This document shows, in pieces, positions 1 to 5,102 of a stretch of 5,604 nt of DNA. Source of the DNA: a virus. Both the position numbers and the translations under genes were made by a program. Each line of letters starts with the position of its first letter. Position 1 is the stretch's first letter. The stretch spans positions 1 to 5,604 of the IMG/VR virus record IMGVR_UViG_3300045988_002413; one strand, given 5' to 3'. The notes beneath the pieces are model-generated. The model was not told the origin of the DNA. It did no database searches and was given only the letters and a program-made list of their open reading frames with translations.

Positions 1-55
1 AGGCGAAAAAAAGTTAATCGAAACGGAACCGATTGACATTCAGGCCGAAATTGAA
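1..55. repeat. Terminal direct repeat, identical to 5550-5604. This is the assembly overlap of a circular genome with a unit length of 5,549 nt.
   Basis: Base-by-base comparison: aggcgaaaaaaagttaatcgaaacggaaccgattgacattcaggccgaaattgaa occurs at both ends. The reading frame of the wrapping ORF is continuous across the junction. Confidence 0.95.
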
Positions 56-304
56 AGCTATGCAGACGAATGTGACATCAAAAACATTGTCCGCAAAGCC
101 AGCTTTGACCCTGAGTTTGCCAAAAGTCTGGTAGACAGCGCAAAAACAGACGAAATCGTAGACATTACCGAATGGCCTACAAACATTCACGAGTATCACG
201 CTATGATGGCAACAGCACAAGCCAAGGCGCTGGAACTGCAGAAGATTCAGGAAAAGGCCGCAAACGAAACGAAGAAACAGGAGGGAAACAATGAACCGGA
301 ATAA
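1..304 (+). CDS. VP3: Internal scaffolding protein VP3, C-terminal portion. The gene starts at 5458 and wraps the circular junction. The full product is 131 aa from 5458-5549 joined to 1-304.
   Basis: Open frame with codons starting at position 2 (GEKKLIETEPIDIQAEIESYADECDIKNIVRKASFDPEF...[10 protein letters not shown]), stop TAA at 302-304. It is in frame with the ORF open at the window end. It is acidic and helical, sits immediately upstream of VP1 and overlaps it by 14 nt, as gokushovirus VP3 (Chlamy_scaf-like) does. It is absent from the ORF track because it is split by linearisation. Confidence 0.7.
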   Translation, partial: GEKKLIETEPIDIQAEIESYADECDIKNIVRKASFDPEFAKSLVDSAKTDEIVDITEWPTNIHEYHAMMATAQAKALELQKIQEKAANETKKQEGNNEPE

Positions 305-1970
305 CGAGAGACACTTTAACAGTGTACCGCAGACACATGTAAGCCGGACACGTTTCAAACGAGATCAGAACATTCTCACGACCTTCGATGCAGGAAAACT
401 TATCCCATTTTACGTAGATGAAGTTCTTCCGGGTGATACTTTCGGCGTGGACACGGCAGCAATTATCCGAATGACTACGCCGAAATATCCAGTAATGGAC
501 GATGCATACATCGACTTCTATTACTTCTACTGTCCGAACAGAATCTTGTGGGACAACTTCAAGCGATTCATGGGTGAAGCAGACGAAACACCGTGGATGC
601 CGACAAAAACATATAAAGTACCCAAAATTAAAATCAGAGGAGACGAAACAGAAAAAGCATATCCAGCAGAAAAAACAATCCTAGACTATATGGGCGTACC
701 GACAAAAGTAGTAAAAGGATTTGACGAAGAAATCCAAGTTAACGCATTACCTATCAGAGCGTACATTAAAATCTGGAACGAGTTTTTCAGAGACCAAAAC
801 GTTGGAAATCCGGCAGTAAACACCACAAACGACGACGACAGAGACTACGGAACAGGCACAACGACAGGAGATGAAAAAGACGCAACAGAAGAAAATATCC
901 TAAACAACGCAGTAAACGGCGGATTCTGCCTTCCTGTCAGCCGATTCCACGACTACTTCAGTTCCTGTCTGCCGTATCCGCAGAGAGGACCGGAAGTGAC
1001 AATCGCACTGACCGGAAATGCACCTATAAAAATGTACGATGACAACGGAATCAACGGGCAGACGAACCCAACAACAATCTGGATGAGCGGAAACGCATCT
1101 TATCTGTCACAAAACAACAATGATGAAACAATGATCGCACTAGGGGCAACAGAGCAGGCAGGCGGAGTATCTGTATCAAGATACATTGCAACAGACCTAA
1201 GTAACATCGAAGCAACATCCATCAACCAGCTCCGTAAAGCCTTCGCGGTTCAGCACTATTACGAAGCACTGGCACGCGGGGGCAGCCGATACCGTGAGCA
1301 GGTACGAGCGCTTTTTGGAGTAACAATCAGCGACAAAACCGTTCAGGTGCCTGAGTATCTGGGTGGCGGACGCTATCACGTAAATATTAACCAGATCGTG
1401 CAGACTTCTGGACAGCAGACCGCAAATGATACGCCTATCGGTGAAACGGGTGCAATGTCCATCACGCCTATCAACGAAAGCTCCTTTACAAAGAGCTTCG
1501 AGGAACACGGCTTTGTAATCGGTGTCATGTGTGTTCGCCATAATCGAAGCTATCAGCAGGGTTTGGAAAGGTTCTGGAGCCGTACCGACAGACTAGACTA
1601 CTATTTCCCGCAGTTCGCAAATCTGGGCGAACAGCCTGTAAAGAAGAAAGAGATCATGTTGACTGGCACGAGCACAGATAATGAGACTTTTGGATACCAG
1701 GAAGCCTGGGCAGAATATCGCATGAAGCCGGACAGAGTAAGCGGAAAAATGCGCAGTAACGCAGAAGGAACGCTGGACTTCTGGCACTATGCGGACAACT
1801 ACGACACCGTGCCGACACTGAGCCAAGAGTGGATGAACGAGGGTAAAAACGAAATTGCAAGAACACTCATCGTACAGAATGAACCCCAATTTTTCGGTGC
1901 AATCCGAGTAATGAACGAGACCACTCGTTGTATGCCGCTGTACAGCGTGCCGGGTCTGGAAAAACTGTAA
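291..1970 (+). CDS. VP1: Major capsid protein VP1 (Microviridae F-protein family), 559 aa
   Basis: Typical microvirus capsid blocks are present: N-terminal [95 protein letters not shown], and [17 protein letters not shown] at 279-285 lies 5 nt upstream of the ATG. Confidence 0.95.
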   Translation: MNRNNERHFNSVPQTHVSRTRFKRDQNILTTFDAGKLIPFYVDEVLPGDTFGVDTAAIIRMTTPKYPVMDDAYIDFYYFYCPNRILWDNFKRFMGEADETPWMPTKTYKVPKIKIRGDETEKAYPAEKTILDYMGVPTKVVKGFDEEIQVNALPIRAYIKIWNEFFRDQNVGNPAVNTTNDDDRDYGTGTTTGDEKDATEENILNNAVNGGFCLPVSRFHDYFSSCLPYPQRGPEVTIALTGNAPIKMYDDNGINGQTNPTTIWMSGNASYLSQNNNDETMIALGATEQAGGVSVSRYIATDLSNIEATSINQLRKAFAVQHYYEALARGGSRYREQVRALFGVTISDKTVQVPEYLGGGRYHVNINQIVQTSGQQTANDTPIGETGAMSITPINESSFTKSFEEHGFVIGVMCVRHNRSYQQGLERFWSRTDRLDYYFPQFANLGEQPVKKKEIMLTGTSTDNETFGYQEAWAEYRMKPDRVSGKMRSNAEGTLDFWHYADNYDTVPTLSQEWMNEGKNEIARTLIVQNEPQFFGAIRVMNETTRCMPLYSVPGLEKL

Positions 1971-1981
1971 AGAAAGGAGGA

Positions 1982-2007
1982 AGCCGGGCCAAAAACCCGG
2001 CTATTTT
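1982..2007 (+). terminator. GC-rich hairpin plus T-tract between VP1 and VP2. It may be an intrinsic terminator or attenuator, and it also sits between the VP2 SD and the VP2 ATG.
   Basis: Stem 1982-1988 agccggg pairs perfectly with 1996-2002 cccggct (7 bp). The loop is ccaaaaa, followed by aTTTTc. Confidence 0.5.
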
Positions 2008-2010
2008 CAA

Positions 2011-2895
2011 ATGGCAATTCCATGGGGAGCAATTATAAAAGGAGCAAGCGTACTTGGAAATGTAGCAACAAGCATAGGAAGCATAACAAACGCCGTAAAA
2101 AATGTTACAGGCAGTTTTGGCGGATGGGGAAGTGAAGGAACAGGCCAAAGTAGTGGAGGAAGTGTAAGCCAAGGAGGCGGAGCATCCGTAAGCGGAAGTC
2201 AATCCGGAACGAATGATGAACAGATCGCGAAATATTTACAGCAAGCATACGGATATCAAAGCGCAGAAGGCATAGCACAACAAAAATATAACCAAAAAAG
2301 CATGCTTCAACAGATGGGATATAACACAATGCAAGCGATCATGCAAGGCGTATATAACCACATCGAGAACACAACCGCAATGAATTACAACAGCGCCGAA
2401 GCGCTGGCAAACAGACAGTTTCAAGAGCGTATGAGCAACACATCATATCAAAGAGCGGTTGAAGACATGAAAAAGGCAGGTCTAAATCCGATTCTAGCAT
2501 TTGCAAACGGTGGAGCAAGCACACCGGGAGGCTCAGCGGGAACTATCAGCGGGGCAAGCATGGGACTAGCAAGCAGTAGCGCACTAGGAGTCAGCAGAAG
2601 CAGCGGATTTGTTCCGAACTCATACAGCAGCTCAAGCTGGAGTAAATCAGACTGGTATAACGCATCGCAAAGCTGGAATCAAATGCTAAGTGAAACACAT
2701 CTAAGTCCTTACGGCTTAATGAAAGCACTAACGAATATCGATAACAAAACAAACGAAACAATTGAAGACATCACGGATAAAATGGGGAAGAAAGCAAACG
2801 GCAATACCAAAGTAGGACACAAAACGAACAACCCAATGCAGAATAAAACCGGAGACTATGGAGAAAAAAGAAAGCCAGGTGATTATCTGAAATGA
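2011..2895 (+). CDS. VP2: Minor capsid / DNA pilot protein VP2, 294 aa
   Basis: It lies directly after VP1. It has a hydrophobic N-terminus ([25 protein letters not shown]) and a Gly/Ser-rich low-complexity tract. It carries the block I recognise from gokushovirus VP2 proteins, [25 protein letters not shown]. Its stop overlaps the VP4 start (ATGA). Confidence 0.85.
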   Translation: MAIPWGAIIKGASVLGNVATSIGSITNAVKNVTGSFGGWGSEGTGQSSGGSVSQGGGASVSGSQSGTNDEQIAKYLQQAYGYQSAEGIAQQKYNQKSMLQQMGYNTMQAIMQGVYNHIENTTAMNYNSAEALANRQFQERMSNTSYQRAVEDMKKAGLNPILAFANGGASTPGGSAGTISGASMGLASSSALGVSRSSGFVPNSYSSSSWSKSDWYNASQSWNQMLSETHLSPYGLMKALTNIDNKTNETIEDITDKMGKKANGNTKVGHKTNNPMQNKTGDYGEKRKPGDYLK

Positions 2896-3911
2896 GTTGT
2901 TACAAGCCACTAATAAGGCTGTACAACCCGGATGATAAAGAACAGAGCGGGCGGGTATATTCACTCGCCCGCTTTTCTCAGTTAAGCGGGAAACAGCTAA
3001 AATATGAAGATTTGATGTATAATCCAAAAGTCATGCTGATTCCATGCGGGCAATGCATCGGATGCAGAATCAGACAAAGAGAAGACTGGACAACGAGAAT
3101 AGAGCTGGAAGCGAGAGACTATCCGAAAGAAGAAGTTTGGTTTATCACGCTAACCTATGACGATGAACATGTGCCGGGCATGATAGTAAAAACAGGTGAA
3201 ATCATGCGAAAGGTACAATACACGTGGAAGCCGGGAGAGAAGCGCCCAGAGAGCGTGCAAATTCTACTGTATGAAGACATTCAGAAGTTCTTAAAACGTC
3301 TCAGAAAGGCTTACAGGGGCAAACTACGCTATTTCGTAGCAGGAGAGTACGGAGAACAAACAGCAAGACCACACTACCATATGATTCTATACGGCTGGAG
3401 ACCAACAGATCTAGAAAATCTGTACAAAATTCACCACAACGGATACTATACAAGTAAATGGCTAGAAAGCCTGTGGGGAATGGGTCAAATACAGATAGCA
3501 CAAGCAGTTCCAGAGACCTACAGATATGTTGCAGGATATGTAACAAAAAAAATGTACGAAATAGACGGCAAGAAAGCAAATGAGTACTATGAACTAGGGC
3601 AAACAAAACCATTTGCTTGCATGAGCTTAAAGCCAGGCCTCGGAGACCATTACTATCAAGAACACAAGGCAGAAATCTGGCGGCAAGGGTACATTCAGTG
3701 TACCAACGGGAAAAAAGCACAAATTCCAAGGTACTATGAAAAACAAATGGAAGCAGAAAACCCACAAAGATTATGGAGAATTAAACAGAACCGACAAAAA
3801 AACGCAATGCAGCAGAAGAAACTACAGCTAGAAGACCAAGATTATAAAACTGTCTTAGAGACCAAAGAGCGTGTTACCAAAAAACAAACGAAAAAACGTG
3901 GTGTTTTATAA
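2892..3911 (+). CDS. VP4: Rolling-circle replication initiation protein VP4 (HUH endonuclease, phiX174 gene A family), 339 aa
   Basis: Motif I is FITLTYD (aa 84-90). Motif II (HUH) is [10 protein letters not shown] (aa 159-168). Motif III is [11 protein letters not shown] (aa 210-220), with two Tyr spaced as in phiX174 A (YVAKYVNKK). N-terminal Cys cluster: C3 plus PCGQCIGCR (aa 51-59). SD AGGTGA is at 2877-2882. There is a 4-nt ATGA overlap with VP2. Confidence 0.93.
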   Translation: MSCYKPLIRLYNPDDKEQSGRVYSLARFSQLSGKQLKYEDLMYNPKVMLIPCGQCIGCRIRQREDWTTRIELEARDYPKEEVWFITLTYDDEHVPGMIVKTGEIMRKVQYTWKPGEKRPESVQILLYEDIQKFLKRLRKAYRGKLRYFVAGEYGEQTARPHYHMILYGWRPTDLENLYKIHHNGYYTSKWLESLWGMGQIQIAQAVPETYRYVAGYVTKKMYEIDGKKANEYYELGQTKPFACMSLKPGLGDHYYQEHKAEIWRQGYIQCTNGKKAQIPRYYEKQMEAENPQRLWRIKQNRQKNAMQQKKLQLEDQDYKTVLETKERVTKKQTKKRGVL

Positions 3912-3923
3912 TTGGTGTCACCT

Positions 3924-3960
3924 AGCCCAGTACCTATCAAGTAGAGTACTGGGCTTTATT
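3924..3960 (+). terminator. Rho-independent-type terminator downstream of VP4
   Basis: Perfect 10-bp stem: 3924-3933 agcccagtac pairs with 3946-3955 gtactgggct. The loop is 12 nt and the tail is T-rich (ttattatt). It begins 13 nt after the VP4 stop. Confidence 0.6.
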
Positions 3961-3968
3961 ATTCTAAT

Positions 3969-4018
3969 CGCGCACACACGTACGCGCGAAAACTACACGC
4001 GCACGCGTGCGCGCGTAT
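3969..4018. repeat. Two GC-rich, perfectly alternating pyrimidine-purine tracts with embedded palindromes. These have hairpin, cruciform and Z-DNA potential.
   Basis: 3969-3988 cgcgcacacacgtacgcgcg is 20 nt of strict Y-R alternation. 3994-4018 tacacgcgcacgcgtgcgcgcgtat is 25 nt of the same. A perfect 14-bp palindrome gcgcacgcgtgcgc lies at 3999-4012. The 8-bp inverted pair tacgcgcg (3981-3988) / cgcgcgta (4010-4017) is also present. The tracts are followed by the AT palindrome attataat (4017-4024). Confidence 0.8.
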
Positions 4019-4034
4019 TATAATATAACTTGTT

Positions 4035-4050
4035 GTAGTAGTAGTAGTAG
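4035..4050. repeat. Trinucleotide microsatellite (GTA)5 / (TAG)5
   Basis: gtagtagtagtagtag is read directly from the sequence. Confidence 0.9.
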
Positions 4051-4055
4051 AGTAT

Positions 4056-4220
4056 GTGGAAAAGTTGAAAAGTATAATTTTAAAACGTTAGAGCGTTAAA
4101 AATAAACAAAAAACAATGTTGAAAACTTTGTTGAAAACTTGTTGAATTGTTGAAACACTCTATTGTGCTAAAGTTTAACAATGTTGAAAAGTTGAAAACT
4201 ATGTTGAAAGTGTTGAAAAC
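4056..4220 (+). repeat. Array of about 10 same-orientation GTTGAAAA-type repeats (iteron-like) in non-coding DNA
   Basis: Copies start at 4056 (GTGGAAAA), 4064, 4118, 4130, 4141 (GTTGAATT), 4149 (GTTGAAAC), 4183, 4191, 4203 (GTTGAAAG) and 4212. The 10-mer GTTGAAAACT occurs 3 times (4118, 4130, 4191). The 14-mer AACAATGTTGAAAA opens two sub-clusters (4112-4125 and 4177-4190). No ORF of 60 aa or more is present in any frame. Confidence 0.9.
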
Positions 4221-4234
4221 GCCTGCCGCGGGCA

Positions 4235-4285
4235 CCTGTGCAAAAAGTCAAAATCGCCTACAGCGACCTTGACAGTTTGCACAGG
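4235..4285. promoter_or_regulatory. Imperfect 17-bp inverted repeat (stem-loop or operator-like element) immediately upstream of the cassette promoter
   Basis: The left arm 4235-4251 is cctgtgcaaaaagtcaa. The reverse complement of the right arm 4269-4285 is cctgtgcaaactgtcaa, giving 15/17 matches with the outer 10 bp perfect. The 17-nt loop contains a nested 4-bp stem, tcgc (4254-4257) / gcga (4263-4266). The right arm contains TTGACA (4269-4274). Confidence 0.6.
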
Positions 4286-4310
4286 AAATATTAAAAAAAA
4301 ATTACAAATA

Positions 4311-4339
4311 TTGAAAAAGGACTTGACAAAAGCTATAAT
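4311..4339 (+). promoter_or_regulatory. Sigma70-type promoter candidate for the hydrolase cassette
   Basis: -35 TTGAAA (4311-4316), a 17-nt spacer, then consensus -10 TATAAT (4334-4339). It lies about 45 nt upstream of the ATG at 4385 and downstream of the VP4 terminator. Confidence 0.55.
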
Positions 4340-4384
4340 AAAGACAAAGCATAAAGAGCGCAGAACAAGAGAAAGAAGACCGCC

Positions 4385-4768
4385 ATGAAAAATATCGTAT
4401 ACATCAAAGAAGACTATGGAAAACTAAGCGAGCACTTCAAAGCAAGTGAATTTCAGTGCAAAGACAAAACGGAAGGACTGCTAGTAGCAACTGAACTAAT
4501 CGAAACACTGGAAAAAATCAGAAACCACTTTGACGCACCGGTCATCATCAATTCGGGATACAGAACACCGAACTGGAACAGCAAAGTAAACGGAGCACCA
4601 AATTCGTACCACTGCAAAGGAATGGCAGCAGACATCATAGTAAAAGGACACTCAAACAAAGAAGTTGCAAAGTACGCAGATAGCATCATGGAACAGGGCG
4701 GTGTGATCAGATACACAAACTTTACGCACATTGATGTGCGTGAAGAGAAATACAGAAAGGGGGTATAG
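4385..4768 (+). CDS. Peptidase M15 (Peptidase_M15_3 / M15A-like) zinc peptidoglycan peptidase, 127 aa. Candidate endolysin.
   Basis: Family signature by eye: HFKASEF (aa 17-23), SGYRTPNWN (aa 57-65), SYHCKGMAAD with H76-x6-D83, and FTHIDV with H115 and D117. This is the H/D/H zinc triad plus an acidic residue typical of VanX/M15 cell-wall peptidases. There is no N-terminal hydrophobic signal or TM segment. Confidence 0.85.
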   Translation: MKNIVYIKEDYGKLSEHFKASEFQCKDKTEGLLVATELIETLEKIRNHFDAPVIINSGYRTPNWNSKVNGAPNSYHCKGMAADIIVKGHSNKEVAKYADSIMEQGGVIRYTNFTHIDVREEKYRKGV

Positions 4769-4771
4769 CTA

Positions 4772-4876
4772 ATGGCGTTGATTAAGGTGAAGGACTTGAA
4801 GGAAGCAATCCAGCTGATCAAAAAAGTGTTGGAAAAACTGGACGAAATTTACCACATCTTGAAGAAAGAGGAGTAA
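4772..4876 (+). CDS. Small hypothetical protein, 34 aa (MALIKVKDLKEAIQLIKKVLEKLDEIYHILKKEE). Predicted single amphipathic or coiled-coil helix.
   Basis: It is below the ORF-track cut-off. The ATG at 4772 lies 8 nt after the G-rich SD AAAGGGGG (4756-4763). It fills exactly the gap between the hydrolase stop (4768) and the next gene. Its own last codons (GAGGAG, 4868-4873) supply the SD for the ATG at 4881. Hydrophobic residues V6, L9, I13, I16, L20, L23, Y27 and L30 follow a 3-4-3-4 heptad spacing. Confidence 0.5.
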   Translation: MALIKVKDLKEAIQLIKKVLEKLDEIYHILKKEE

Positions 4877-4880
4877 AATA

Positions 4881-5102
4881 ATGCTACACAAGACATGGAA
4901 CGTCAGAGACCAGACCGAAAAAGATTTAAGGCTAGAAGCGGATAAGCTATACCGTGAAATCGAAGCCGGATACAAAATGATCAAAAAAATCTCAGACAAA
5001 GAGGAAGCTCATAAAATCATCGAAAGAATCTGGATAATGAAATCATGGGCTAACGACATTCAACTTGAACTGATCCGAAGGGAGTACAACAATGAAGCAT
5101 AG
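4881..5102 (+). CDS. Hypothetical protein, 73 aa, highly charged and helical. No family recognised.
   Basis: ORF on the gene strand. SD GAGGAG at 4868-4873 lies 7 nt upstream of the ATG. Its end overlaps the next gene start by 11 nt, typical of a coupled phage operon. No TM segment is present. Confidence 0.6.
   Translation: MLHKTWNVRDQTEKDLRLEADKLYREIEAGYKMIKKISDKEEAHKIIERIWIMKSWANDIQLELIRREYNNEA

Noticed and set aside
1-55. Terminal repeats considered as LTR/ITR ends of a mobile element or as biological terminal redundancy.
   Set aside because: The repeats are direct, exactly 55 nt, and fall in the middle of an ORF whose frame is continuous across them. That is the signature of a circular molecule linearised by an assembler, not of element termini.
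502-684. A 60-aa + strand ORF embedded out of frame in VP1, considered as a possible overlapping gene in the manner of phiX174 E or K.
   Set aside because: No SD lies upstream of the ATG. The product is a Ser/Thr/Lys-rich low-complexity sequence with no hydrophobic TM helix, so it is not E-like. I cannot test conservation here. It most likely arises by chance from A-rich composition.
4005-4035. XerC/D dif-like integration site (GTGCGC followed by an AT-rich core).
   Set aside because: Manual alignment to the E. coli dif 28-mer gives only partial matches. The XerC-arm GTGCGC and parts of the AT core match, but no TTATGTTAAAT-type XerD arm is present. This is insufficient to call. It is kept only as an alternative hypothesis in the related finding.
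4056-4220. GTTGAAAA repeats considered as a CRISPR array or a tandem-duplication artefact.
   Set aside because: The repeat unit is only 8-10 nt with 0-4 nt between copies, so there is no spacer-sized unique sequence and no cas context. The copies are interspersed with unique sequence and organised in sub-clusters, which is unlike an assembly stutter.
4054-4272. Mini-ORFs starting ATGTTGAAA (MLK...) at 4116, 4181 and 4201 (4-23 codons) and ATGTGG at 4054, considered as leader peptides.
   Set aside because: The ATGs are simply part of the AACAATGTTGAAAA repeat unit. None has an SD, and the frames terminate within the next repeat (TTGAAAAGT TGA). The DNA repeat explains them better than coding does.
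4221-4290. Structured GC-containing segment considered as a tRNA or small ncRNA gene.
   Set aside because: There is no cloverleaf arrangement, no T-loop GTTCRANYC-like box and no acceptor-stem pairing. The structure is a single long dyad, better explained as a DNA-level or operator hairpin.
4323-4339. TTGACA (4323-4328) paired with TATAAT (4334-4339) as a promoter. TTGACA at 4269-4274 and at 33-38 were also considered.
   Set aside because: The spacer between 4323-4328 and the TATAAT is only 5 nt, so that pair cannot work. The TTGAAA at 4311-4316 gives the proper 17-nt spacer instead. The TTGACA at 4269 has only a weak TAAAAA -10 at 17 nt. The one at 33-38 lies inside VP3 with no acceptable -10.
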